Shown here: positions 47,043 through 59,300 of the stretch, piece by piece | Position numbering within the stretch: position 1 is the first letter of the stretch | Layout: every line of letters begins with the position of its first letter | From: a virus | DNA: 64,000 nucleotides | Virus record (IMG/VR): IMGVR_UViG_3300021425_000006 | Reading direction: 5' to 3' (one strand) | Program-made: the position numbers and the translations under genes | The notes under the pieces: model-generated | What the model was told of the DNA's origin: nothing | The model's input: only the letters and a program-made list of their open reading frames with translations | Database searches by the model: none

Positions 47043-47372
47043 ATGGCAACAACACTTAAGAATACAGTTATAAAACAATGTGGTACACAACCTGTACTTA
47101 TATATGAAACGTTACCCGGAAACAGAGTTACTGTTTTAGGAATAAGTTTTACAAACCTAACTGACAAATTTGTTTACGTTGATGTGCTAGTTGAAGACGA
47201 TACTAGTGTAAGTGGTTATTATTTAAAAGATAGTATCCTGCCAGCAGGGACAAGTTTAAGAGCTGTTTCAACTGGTGAAAAATTAGTGTTAGCCCCTAGC
47301 AATAGACTTTTAGTTAGATCAAGTTTAGATGATTCAGTTGATGTTATTGTTAGTTACGTGGAGATAACATAA
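47043..47372 (+). CDS. Small beta-rich structural protein
   Basis: 109 aa, EKLVL...DVIVSYVEI; family with 34256 and 61748. Confidence 0.7.
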   Translation: MATTLKNTVIKQCGTQPVLIYETLPGNRVTVLGISFTNLTDKFVYVDVLVEDDTSVSGYYLKDSILPAGTSLRAVSTGEKLVLAPSNRLLVRSSLDDSVDVIVSYVEIT

Positions 47373-47782
47373 TGGCATATTATATAGGAACAACACCACA
47401 AGACGTCCTAGATGGATTTATAAAAAGATATTTTTACGGTCTTCGTAGAAATAATGATGGAGAACTATTTTTTGTAGTAGTTGATCAACTTAGGGGCGGA
47501 GACGAAAATGTTGTCATTGTTAATGATTTGGGCATTGCTTCGGAAAATTATCCGGATTTTGAAGAAGGTATTGACTTCTTAGATGGCATTGATGCTAACC
47601 ATGACATAGTATATCCTAATGTTAGATATCCACAATTTAAATGGGAAAATAGATCATTACTGTATTATATAGAACCAGATACAGGATTTTTTGTGCAACG
47701 TATATCAGAAGCATATGATTATCCAACTGGAGTATCAACAGTAGCATACGGCGAAGGCCAAGATGAAAACGTAATTGATTAA
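47372..47782 (+). CDS. Hypothetical structural-module protein
   Basis: 136 aa, RYFYGLRRNNDGEL; coupled by TAATG overlap. Confidence 0.7.
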   Translation: MAYYIGTTPQDVLDGFIKRYFYGLRRNNDGELFFVVVDQLRGGDENVVIVNDLGIASENYPDFEEGIDFLDGIDANHDIVYPNVRYPQFKWENRSLLYYIEPDTGFFVQRISEAYDYPTGVSTVAYGEGQDENVID

Positions 47783-47793
47783 GGGAATGAATA

Positions 47794-50700
47794 ATGGCAG
47801 AGTTTAAGTTAGATAGATTTAAGTATAACTGGAGAGGTGACTGGGCAACTGGTACTGACTACAAACGTGATGACGTTGTTCGTGTAAACGGATTTAGTTA
47901 TGTTTGTATAATATCACATACAGGTTCAGCACTATTTGCAACAGACTTAAACGCTATTTTACCTGATAGTAATCCTCCACAGCCACAACCAAAATGGGTT
48001 GTGATGACAGCGAGTAAATCATTTGTTGGAGACTGGGCACCGGGTACATCATATAACGTAGGTGATATTGTTTTGTTTGGTGGTACCGTTTGGGACTGTA
48101 CTGTAGCACATACAGCATCACAGTTTCAAACCGATATAGCAAAATGGGCTGTCTTTACTAAACACATTAAATTTGATGCACAGTGGTCAGCAGGCACAGA
48201 ATACGGACATGGCGATATTGTAAAATATGGCGGCAATCTTTGGAAATGTTTAACTTCACATTCAGCACAAGGTAAATTAGAAGATAACCAAAATGATTGG
48301 CAAGAGTATCATGTAGGACAAGAATATAGAAATGCTTGGCTACCGAGTACAGAATACAGAATTAATGATATTGTAAAATATGGCGGCTCGTTATTTAAAT
48401 GTATAGAATCTCATACATCAAATGTTAGCGAATTAGAAGATGACAAGTTTACAATATTTGCATTTGGTACACAATTTGACGGAGAGTGGAATAGTACCAC
48501 CCAGTATAATATTGGTGATGTAGTAAGATACGGCGGAACATCATACTATGCAATTACAAATAACATTGAATCAGATCCGTCAAGAATTGTAAGAGGAATT
48601 TCTTCAGGAGAAGATAGTACTAATGACTGGTTGATATTATCTAAAGGATATCAATTTGTAGGCGAGTGGAGTTTATCAAAAGAATTTAAAACTGGAGATA
48701 TTACACAACGTGGCGGTAATGTATACGTTGCTCTAAGAGATGTTAATATTAACGACGGAGACGAAAGTTCGTTAACTTACTTAGATACAGAAGTTTGGGA
48801 AAAAATTATTCCAGGTAAAGTCTTCAAAGCACCTTGGGGAACCGGAAATTATTATTCAGTTGGTGACATAGTTTATCATTTAGGTACAGCATATGTTTGT
48901 AACTATGAGCATACATCAGATGGAGAGAATTATCCAGGAGACAACGGAAACATATATGCATACTGGGACATTTTAATCCAAGCAGGTGACGAAGGTGGAT
49001 TACACGACAAAGGTGACTTGCTTACATTTGGATTATCACGAACAGGAGCAGGTGACGGAAGTACACTTGGAGATACTCGTGTGCAAATTGGCGAAAAAGA
49101 GAATGTTTTGTCAATTACAGAAGAACAAGAAATATTTTGGAGAACTTTTACTGCTGACTCAGATGTAATTTATGTTGCTCCATATGGTATTAATGATTCA
49201 TTTCCAGGAAGAGGTCGAAGTGCAGAATTACCATTTAGAACAGTTAGATATGCTTGTGAATTTATTGAAGATAATTTTCCTCCAATGGCACCAACTAAAG
49301 TTTCTGTTGCAACAGGAAACTATGATGAAATAGGACCAATTATTGTGCCTGCTGGTTGTGTAGTTATGGGTGATGAATTAAGATCAACAACTATTACAGC
49401 AACACCAGCAATTCCAGAATATGCATACGATGCAGCTACTGATACGGGTGACTATGTACACGTTAAAGAATACATTACACATATTTCATCATTTATATTT
49501 GATTTAATAGCTAACAATCCAGTTAGTAATACAGCAGGCAACACTGTAACACCAATAAGAAATATTGATCCATCTAATCTTGAAGCTTCGAATAGGATAA
49601 TTGCATTACTAGATGACTTTAAAGATTATGTAGAATTTTACATTGCGTCTGAAGATAATAATCCAACACTTTCAGGATCAAATACATTATCAGTAGTAGA
49701 CGGAATGGTCGAAGGAGCAAATCAGTTAAGAGTAAACTTAGAATGGATACAGGCAGAAATTTATGCTTACTTAAATCTTTCATATGACAATCTTGATAAA
49801 GTAAGATTATACGATGATATTAATTCTTTAATTAGAGGCGTAGCAAGAGATCTTCAGTTTTCAGGAAACTACGGAACTTTACAAGCAGCTAGAAGATATG
49901 CAAATGCTGTTAATGGTTCGTTTTTAGATGACTTATTTCTCCTTAGAGATACAACAGGTCTTAGAAACTTAACAACTAAAGGACTTACTGGAACACTAAA
50001 TCCTCCGGGCGTATTTGACTTGTATCAACGTCCAACAGGTGGTGCATGTACAAGTTTAGATCCAGGTTGGGGTCCAGCAGACGAACGTACATGGATTATG
50101 CAAAGATCACCTTACATACAGGGTGTAACTAATATTGGCGGAGCATGTGTTGGTAAAAGAGTTGACGGATCTTATCATAATGGCGGTAATAAGTCAATGG
50201 TTAGTAATGACTTTACACAAGTACTAAGTGACGGTATTGGAGCCTGGGTAAGTAACGGCGCAAGGGCTGAGCTTGTATCAGTGTTTACATATTATTGCTC
50301 AGTTGGATATTTTGCAGAAGATGGCGGAATTATACGTGCAACTAATGGTAATAACTCATACGGAAGTTGGGGAGCGATTGCTGACGGGAATGATCCTGCA
50401 GAAACTCCTGATACATGTTCTGTATGGAACAGAAATAATGAAGCATTAGTAGCGTCAGCATTTATTGGCGGCTCAACTGACGAAGTAAAACTATTTGAAT
50501 ATGCACACTGTGGTCAACATTATACAAACGCTACAGCAAGTGTTGTAGGTGCAGGTGCAAGCCTTAGCACCCAATACGAAGACTTTAGAGACTTAGCAAT
50601 AAGCCAAGTTCGTCTTATTAATACTACTGGATCAGGATCAGAAGGTGGTAGTAACTATTTGGTTAGACAAGGTTTTGCACAAGTAACAGCAGACGCTAGT

Positions 50701-53310
50701 TCAACAATTAAAATATCTAACGCAGATCCAACACAATTTTTAAGTGAAATTGCTGGTATGAGAATAGTTATTATTTCTGGCCCAGCAACAGGACAATACG
50801 GTTACATTGACTCGTATAGTGTTATTTCAAAAGAAATTGGAGTTAAGAGAGAATCAGATGACCAAGATGGATGGGATCATGTTACTCCAGGGACAACATT
50901 GGCTACAGCTTTTGATTCAACAACACAATACAGAATAGAACCTCGAGTTGAAGTAACGTCACCCAGTCTTTCAAGTAACTCATATGATATAGTAAATGCA
51001 AGAACATTTACAGATGTAGCAGAAGGCGGAACTAGTGTAACATATCAGAATATCACTATTGGGTTAGGTACTGGTGCAGTTGAAGGAATTGATCAAGCAA
51101 GTGCTGTATATCGAATATTAAGAACTGGTAAAGTATATACACCAACTTTGATTGACGGAGGCGCAGGATATGCTCCGGGAGATGTAATAACAATCTCAGG
51201 AGACCAACTAGGCGGTACATCACCTGATAATGATCTAATTGTTACAGTGCTAACAGTAACAGATGATAGTACTAACTCAATACTTACAGCATCATTTAGT
51301 GGTGTAGGTAGAGAACCAAGACTAGTTGCTTGTGCTGATCCTAATTATATAGCATACAGTGATAACGCAGGACAAACTTGGACAGAAACAACACATGACG
51401 TTACAGGAGTAAACTTTCATACTGTAGTTGCAGGAGATAATAAATTTATTGCAGTTGCAGGTCAATCAAATCAATATGTATTTTCATTAACAGGCGAAAG
51501 TTGGACAACAAGATCATTTCCAGGTGCAAACAATTGGATGCATGCCACATACGGAGGAGGCAAGTTTGTTGTTTGTGCGGCGGCATATGCTAACTTCTTA
51601 TACAGCGATGATGGACTAACATGGACAGAAACTCCACACGGTGGAGCTGTGTCAGCGTTTGCCAAAGTAGCATACGGGCAAGGCAAATTTGTAAGTGTAA
51701 GTAACGAAGATAGAGCTGTTACAATTTCTTCAGACGGAATAACTTGGAATAGAGTTAATGATAAACTTCCTGCAGAATTTGCAACAGTTAATGCAATAGA
51801 ATTTTGTGGATTTGCTTATGGTGATAACAGATTTGTAGGCATAACTGAAAGTGGAAAAACATGCTTTTCTGTAGACGAAGGTGAGACATGGGTATTAGGT
51901 GGCGATGTTCCACAAAACGGTGGTAGCACATTAGTTTATACAGATTTAAAATACGGTAACGGTGTTTGGATGGCTACTGCAACAGATGGTGTTGGTGGTC
52001 CTACAAACTTAGTTGCTACAACACAAGACGGAATAACTTGGAATCAATATAATTTAGATGCATCACAACCTTGGGGAACATTAGCATATACTAGTAATGG
52101 GAATGACCCAAAATTTGTTTTGTTAGGAAATCAAGCAACAGGTAACGGAACTGTACAAGCAAGAACTGGCGCAAAAGCAATATTAAGAGCAGATGTAAAT
52201 CAGGGTAAAATTACACAGTTTAAAATATGGAATCCGGGAGGCGGATATGCTAGTACTCCAACAGTAACTATTACAGATAATCAGTTTATATCAGAAGCAG
52301 AACCTCAAGTAAGACTTAGTAACGGTGTTCTTGCTCAACCAACATTTAATAATAGGGGAGCGGGTTATAGAACTAACTCAACAGATGTAACAATAACAGG
52401 TGACGGTTATGCTGATATTATTGAACAAGGAAATAAACTAACACTGGCAGGGGTAGATGTTGTTCCTGGACCAGGAGTACAAATTAGAATAAACGGAATT
52501 TTAGACGAAGCAACTGAAGTACCAGATGATTTAAAACTTTATAACGGTGTTAAGGCAACAGACTTAGGTGATGACGGTTCTGGTAACGGAACACGATTAG
52601 TTGAATTCCAGATAAGTCCTAACTTAGAAAATACTGACAACTTACAACACGGGACAGTAGTAGAATTAAGAAGTAGGTATAGTCAGTGTAGAATTACAGG
52701 TCACGACTTCCTAGACATTGGTACAGGCGGCTTTGCAGATACAAACTATCCAGGATTATACTCAGACGGAAACTACTTTGTAAGTGCTCCTGAAAATGAA
52801 GTATATGAAACTAATGGAGGTAGAGTATTCTACACAAGTACAGACCAAGATGGTAACTTTAGAACGGGTGAACTATTTGCTGTTAACCAAGCAACTGGTA
52901 TTGTTACAATTAGTGCTCAGTTCTTTGACTTAGATGGACTATCAGAGTTATCACTAGGTGGAGTTAGATTAGGTGGTTCTGGAACAAGTGTTCAAGAATT
53001 TAGTACAGACCCAACTATGAGTGCAGACTCAAATCAGGTTATTCCAACCCAAAGAGCTATTGCAACATTCTTAGCAGATAGACTATCAGTGGGTGGTGAA
53101 GATCTTCAAACCAACTTGTTGCAAGCAGGTAATGTGCAACTTGGTGGAGAGGATAATAAGATTGATATGAACAACGATGAAATCTTACAAATTAGACGTC
53201 CTGTAGACTTCTCAGGACTACAAGCCGACGGCATTACACCAGCCGGAATTGGTGGAACAATACTTTCTCAAATGTTGTTAGTAAGGTCAGACAATGATAC
53301 CGTACAATAA
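47794..53310 (+). CDS. Large virion protein (1838 aa) with CBM5/12-like W..Y..GD.V repeats, beta-helix and BNR/Asp-box propeller
   Basis: Repeated W...T.Y..GD.V.YGG units; S.DG.TW Asp-box repeats; paralog of the 53358 gene (GHDFLDIGTG...TDQDGNFR). Confidence 0.8.
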   Translation: MAEFKLDRFKYNWRGDWATGTDYKRDDVVRVNGFSYVCIISHTGSALFATDLNAILPDSNPPQPQPKWVVMTASKSFVGDWAPGTSYNVGDIVLFGGTVWDCTVAHTASQFQTDIAKWAVFTKHIKFDAQWSAGTEYGHGDIVKYGGNLWKCLTSHSAQGKLEDNQNDWQEYHVGQEYRNAWLPSTEYRINDIVKYGGSLFKCIESHTSNVSELEDDKFTIFAFGTQFDGEWNSTTQYNIGDVVRYGGTSYYAITNNIESDPSRIVRGISSGEDSTNDWLILSKGYQFVGEWSLSKEFKTGDITQRGGNVYVALRDVNINDGDESSLTYLDTEVWEKIIPGKVFKAPWGTGNYYSVGDIVYHLGTAYVCNYEHTSDGENYPGDNGNIYAYWDILIQAGDEGGLHDKGDLLTFGLSRTGAGDGSTLGDTRVQIGEKENVLSITEEQEIFWRTFTADSDVIYVAPYGINDSFPGRGRSAELPFRTVRYACEFIEDNFPPMAPTKVSVATGNYDEIGPIIVPAGCVVMGDELRSTTITATPAIPEYAYDAATDTGDYVHVKEYITHISSFIFDLIANNPVSNTAGNTVTPIRNIDPSNLEASNRIIALLDDFKDYVEFYIASEDNNPTLSGSNTLSVVDGMVEGANQLRVNLEWIQAEIYAYLNLSYDNLDKVRLYDDINSLIRGVARDLQFSGNYGTLQAARRYANAVNGSFLDDLFLLRDTTGLRNLTTKGLTGTLNPPGVFDLYQRPTGGACTSLDPGWGPADERTWIMQRSPYIQGVTNIGGACVGKRVDGSYHNGGNKSMVSNDFTQVLSDGIGAWVSNGARAELVSVFTYYCSVGYFAEDGGIIRATNGNNSYGSWGAIADGNDPAETPDTCSVWNRNNEALVASAFIGGSTDEVKLFEYAHCGQHYTNATASVVGAGASLSTQYEDFRDLAISQVRLINTTGSGSEGGSNYLVRQGFAQVTADASSTIKISNADPTQFLSEIAGMRIVIISGPATGQYGYIDSYSVISKEIGVKRESDDQDGWDHVTPGTTLATAFDSTTQYRIEPRVEVTSPSLSSNSYDIVNARTFTDVAEGGTSVTYQNITIGLGTGAVEGIDQASAVYRILRTGKVYTPTLIDGGAGYAPGDVITISGDQLGGTSPDNDLIVTVLTVTDDSTNSILTASFSGVGREPRLVACADPNYIAYSDNAGQTWTETTHDVTGVNFHTVVAGDNKFIAVAGQSNQYVFSLTGESWTTRSFPGANNWMHATYGGGKFVVCAAAYANFLYSDDGLTWTETPHGGAVSAFAKVAYGQGKFVSVSNEDRAVTISSDGITWNRVNDKLPAEFATVNAIEFCGFAYGDNRFVGITESGKTCFSVDEGETWVLGGDVPQNGGSTLVYTDLKYGNGVWMATATDGVGGPTNLVATTQDGITWNQYNLDASQPWGTLAYTSNGNDPKFVLLGNQATGNGTVQARTGAKAILRADVNQGKITQFKIWNPGGGYASTPTVTITDNQFISEAEPQVRLSNGVLAQPTFNNRGAGYRTNSTDVTITGDGYADIIEQGNKLTLAGVDVVPGPGVQIRINGILDEATEVPDDLKLYNGVKATDLGDDGSGNGTRLVEFQISPNLENTDNLQHGTVVELRSRYSQCRITGHDFLDIGTGGFADTNYPGLYSDGNYFVSAPENEVYETNGGRVFYTSTDQDGNFRTGELFAVNQATGIVTISAQFFDLDGLSELSLGGVRLGGSGTSVQEFSTDPTMSADSNQVIPTQRAIATFLADRLSVGGEDLQTNLLQAGNVQLGGEDNKIDMNNDEILQIRRPVDFSGLQADGITPAGIGGTILSQMLLVRSDNDTVQ

Positions 53311-53357
53311 CCAGGAAAATTATTTAATGATAAATACACTATACGGAGTAAAAACAA

Positions 53358-56300
53358 ATGGCAGAATTTAAACTAGGTAGAATTAGATTTGTTTGGAAAA
53401 ACAACTGGACTACCGGAACAACATACTATAAAGATGACGTTATTGCGTTTGGCGGTAAGGTTTATATTTGTGTAGAAGGTCACAGCAGTGCTGCAGACTT
53501 TTTTACAGATCTAAATATAGTTCCAAGTAAATGGAACTTAGTAAGTGATGGTCAATCATGGTTAGGTGAATGGGCACACAGTACGTCATATGTAAATAAC
53601 AATATTGTAAAATATGGATCGAAGTTATATATCTGCCAAACTAATCATACTTCGACTACAATATCTGGAACAGTAACAAGAGCTGTAACGGTTGCTGTAA
53701 ATACACAATCTCCAGGTAACAATGTTTTTGTATTAGACGGAACACAGTATCCTAGTATACAATTCCAACACGGCAAAACATACGAATTTACACAAGATGA
53801 TGCATCTAATGTAACGCACCCGTTTTTGTTTAGTACAACAAAGAACGGAACACACGGCGCTGGAACAGAATATACAACTGGCGTAAAATATTATATTGAC
53901 GGTGCAGAAGTAGATGACTCAGCTGCATACATAGCTGCATTTGACACTGCAACAAATAGAAAGATAACAATAGAGCCAACAGCTTCTACTCCAGAAACAC
54001 TTTACTACTATTGCTATAACCATTCTAATATGTCAATTGATTCAGAAATTGATATTATAAATTATGGCATCGAAGCAGACTTAGGTAACTGGCAAACATT
54101 TGCAGAAGGCTTAGACTGGAAAGGCGACTGGACTGCAGGGTATCAATATAGAAACAACGATTTTGTAAAATATGGTGGAGCATCATACGTATGTAAAACT
54201 CCGCATACATCACAAGCATCTGGACTAGAAACTGATCAAGCAAATTGGGAACTTTTAAATAAAGGTTTTGATTATAGATCAGAATGGGTTGCAAGTAAAA
54301 AATATCTAGAAAACGATGTTGTACGTTATGGTGCAGGTCTTTGGATATCAATTGCTAACCACACTAGTAGCTCGGCATTTGCTACAGATTCTGCAAACTG
54401 GGAAAAGTTTGTTGAAGGATTTCAATATGAAGCTGAATGGACATGGGAAGGAAGTTACCAAACTGGTGACGTAGTACGTTATGGCGGTAATCAATATATT
54501 GCTAAACAAGATAACACTGATAAGATTCCACCATTAGAACCAACTAACTGGGATCTATTTTCTGAAGGCTTTAAATTTATTGGCGACTGGGGAGCAGATA
54601 GTTCACAGTACGAACATAAAGTAGGTGATGTAGTTAGACTAGGCGGATTTACATATCGCTGTATTTTAGATCATCAAAATCAACAACCACCAAATGCATT
54701 GTATTGGGAGAGACTAAACTCAGGCTTTGAGTGGAGAGGTGAATGGATTGATGAACAAGAATACTTCGAAGGTGACGTAGTACGTTATGGCGATAGTTCA
54801 TATGTTTGTATACTTGGACACATATCAGAAGGTGATGACTACTCATCTGATCAAGTAGGCGCACAAGGTTCTCGCCCAGATTTAGCAGATAGTGGACAAT
54901 ATTGGTCAGCACTTGCAATTGGTACAGAACAGTCAGTATTAACAACTACAGGTGACTTAGTTTATTATAGCGGATCAGCACCAACAAGACTGCCAATTGG
55001 TAAAGATGGACAAGTTTTACAAGTTAATGCAGACGCATTACCTGAATGGGCGTTTTTAGGAGCCTCAGAAGATGTTTACTATGTTGCAGAACATGGTAAA
55101 GACGAACCAGCACCGATTTATGGACAATCAATTGATAGACCATTTAAAACTATTAAGTATGCAGCTCAACAAGTTGAACAAGGTGCAAAGAATCCAGAAG
55201 CAGCAAAACTACTTGAACTAAACAGAAGATTTATTCAAAGAGAAATTGTTGAGTGGACCGATTATCAAATTACAAATAATACAGCACCATTTACATCTAG
55301 TTTCACATACGAGTCTAGTAAGTGTGAAAGAGATATGGGGCTTATTGTTGATGCTATTATTCATGATATTAAACATGGCGGTAATGTTCGTTCAAGAGAA
55401 GCGGCATTATCTTATGTAAATGAAACAGCAGGATCACCTTACTTAACACAAAAAGCAGAAACTGTTGCTAGTATTAATTATGGATTAACAGTAATTAACA
55501 ATGTTCTTGCACAAACAGATCCTAGTGTTAATTACCAAACAACAAACGGTGATAACTCAACAGCAGTTGTATCACAGTACAAAGATGAACTATTAGGCGC
55601 AGAGCCAGTTAATGCTGATATTGCTGCAAACGTAAAAATTATTACTGATGCAATTACAGCAGGCGTTGATACTAATATTCCTGCAAGAGTTATAAACAAT
55701 ACATTAATTAAAGTTTCTACAGGAAGATATATTGAAGTTTTACCAATAATTGTTCCAGCAGAATGTTGTATTATAGGCGACGAACTTAGAGCTGTAACTG
55801 TTGAACCAAGAACAGCAGACAATGCTGTGTTAACACCTAAAGGCGATTTTAAATATACCTTTAAAGGACTTGAAAGAATGGCCGACATTGTTGGTGACAT
55901 TGTTACAGGACAAACAGTTACTCCAACAACAGGTAATACACAATCACAAAACCAAACATGGCCTTATGCCGAAACAACTGTAGTTGGACCAGAGGTAACA
56001 CGTTTAGCAAGATCAGTTAATGATAGAATTAACGTAGGATTGGGTGAAAAGAGGAACGGTAACTTACCTACATTCCATACTATGTCAGACACAAGTGCTG
56101 GTCGTGCAAGAGATTTGGTATTAAGAAATAAAGAATTTATACAAGCAGAAACTGTTGCGTATATTGCAGATCAATATCCAAACTTAAATTATAGTAGAAC
56201 TAAGTGTAAACAAGACGTTGGTCTTATACTTGACAGTATTGCATATGATTTAACATATGGCGGTAACTGGATGAGTGAAACTGCAGGACTTGCATATTAT

Positions 56301-59300
56301 AACGGTGCAAGTGGTGTACTTCAAATTGATAGTACAGAGAAAGCAGCAACGATTGCAACATATGGCATTATAAAAGCACACTCACAAACAGTTTCAAGAG
56401 ACCTTGCTGTTAGTCCAACATATCAATCAACTGTTACACAGGTAAGTGGTATCGGCGGAGATGCAGGAGATGCAACTACAATAGGTAACTTGTTTGACGA
56501 TATTATTGATATTGTTGATAACGGCCCTAGTAATTCAAGTATTACATATCCTGTAGTAACAGGTGCAGCAGCTGGGTTACAGTCAGCGGCAACAACATTA
56601 GCAAGTAAGAAAACTGAAATTGGTGAGCAAACAATTGACTTCATTAATAACAACTTTGGTAGTTTCAAATATAATAGTGCAATTTGCAGACGAGACTTAA
56701 CAAACATCATTACTGATGTAATGTTTGATGCAGCATTAGGAACAAATTACAATGGTGTTTATAACGGTATTGCTTATACTAGACCAATTAATGCATACAA
56801 TCTAGCAAATCAAAGAGTAGAAACTATTGGTGCTATTAGAAAGGCTAGAGATTTAGTATTAGCTATTACTAGTGACGCAACTGCTGAAACTAGAATTCAA
56901 TCATCAATGAACGAAATTGTTGATATTATTAATAATAATACAGGTCCAGCTGTTCCAGGAGATGGAATAGCAGACACACTAAGTTTTCCAAGTCCATCAG
57001 GTGTTGATCAAAACAGAGTAGATGCAAAGGATAACTTAGTAGCAAACAGAGAATTTATTAAAGCAGATGTTGTTGCATATGTTAACAACAATACACCACC
57101 AGTAGGATACGATCAGGCAAAATGTGCTAGAGATGTAGGTTACATAGTTGACGCAATGTGTTATGATGTATTATATGGCGGTACAATGGCTGCAACAAGA
57201 ATAACAGAATCATACTTTGGAATTTTTGGTGCAATTTATCCAGATGGACAAGTAACTGAAACTGTAGCAGCTTATAACCATATGAGTACATTGTTAGGTT
57301 TAATTGTACAAGAATCAAGTGTTACAGCACAGTCTGGAAATAGTGAAGTTCAAACTACACTAGGTACACCGGCAAGTGCTACAGAAGCTAATTCAATAGC
57401 TGCAGGTATGACTATTATTACAGATGCACTTACAGCAGGCAATACTGACAGTGTTCCGGCAGTAGTATATCCAGATGTTACTTGGGCGTCAAGTGCTATT
57501 CAGTCAGATAAAACTGATGTTGACACTGCAAGACCTGCAACTATATTAAGTGTATTACAATTCATTACTGATACATATAATGACTTTAAATATGATCATG
57601 CTAAGTGTACTAGAGACATTGGCTTAATCATTGATGCAGCAGCATATGATTGGCAATTAGGTACTAACTATGCTAGTTTGATAACAGCATTAAGTTACTT
57701 AAGAGCACCATCAAGTAAAGTTGTTGGAGATCAAAAGACAGCAACTATTGCTGCAAATGAATTTGCAAAAACACTTGCGGTACAAAATGTAGGTGGCGAA
57801 GCAGATGCTATAGCAGGAATCAACACAACATGGCAAATAGTTCAAGATACATTATTTGCTGGAGCTGCAGAAGGCGGCATGAAGTCAGTTAATGACCAAG
57901 AGGTATTTAATGCTATACGTCAATTAGAACTTAATAAAGACTTTATTGCAGACGAAGTTGTTGCTTATGTGAATGATTACTTTAGTGATACTGTTACAGC
58001 AACAGCAGTAGTTGTTGGTGGTTCAGCAGGTGGAACAGATTCTAATAGATTAACAGTTACTTCAACAGCCTGGTTAGACGAAGGTATGGAAGTCAAGTTA
58101 ACTAATACAAACAGCATTTTAGAAAACTCTAGTTTGTTCCTTCCTAATACAAAGTACTATGTAAAAGAAATTATTAGCGGAACACAATTTAGTTTATCAA
58201 ATAGTGTAGACGGTACAGAAGTAGCTGTAGATAATCCGTGGAGCGGATCAATTAAAATTGAAAAAGCATATGTTTACAGCGAAGCAATTTGTAAACGTGA
58301 TGTTAAAGAATACGTTAATGCAATGAAATGGGACCTTGAATGGGCTCAGACATGGAAACGTCAATATAAAATTGGTAATACAGAAAACGCATTAACATTC
58401 TACAGACCAGGAATATACAAAACATTACTGGCTGCAAGATATTATGTTAATAGTGTTATTGGCTCACAAGAAGAAGACTTTTACTACTTACGTAATGGCA
58501 CAGGATTAAGACTTATGTCTATGAAAGGACTAAAAGGTGACTTAGGTCCTGCAAACGAGTTTGGAACACAACGACCAACAGCAGGTGCTTATGCATCGTT
58601 GGATCCGGGTTGGGGTCCAAACGATCAACGTGTATGGATTACAGCAAGATCACCGTATGTACAAAACTGTACAACATTTGGTTTTGGAGCAACTGGTCAA
58701 AAAATTGACGGTGCATTACACGCAGGCGGAAATGACTCAATTGTTAGTAACGACTTTACACAGGTTATTAGTGATGGTATTGGAGCATGGATTACAAACA
58801 ACGGTAGAGCAGAACTTGTGTCAGTGTTTACATACTACTCACACGTAGGTTATCTTGCAGAGAACGGCGGACGTATACGTGCAACTAACGGTAATAACTC
58901 ATATGGTAAATATGGATCGTCAGCAGAGGGTGTTGACCCAACTGAAGTTCCAGTAACAGCAGTTATTGATAACGCATCACAATATAATGCAACTATTTCA
59001 GGTGTTAATACAAATAATAATGAAATACTAAATGTTGAATTTAGTCATGCAGGTAACGATTATACTGAAGCATTGCTTGAGTTCTTTGGTCCAGGTACTA
59101 ATGAAGAAGTACTAGCAGACGAATATAGAGACGGAGCAATGTTCCAAACTCGTATTATTGAAACTACACCAGATACAGCAGGCGGTACCGGATATACATC
59201 GGTATCAAACGTTGCACAGTCCGGTGGAACTACATATGTTGATCTTTCATCAACAGACGGTAATGTAAGTTCAGCGTACATTGGTATGAGAGTTCAAATT

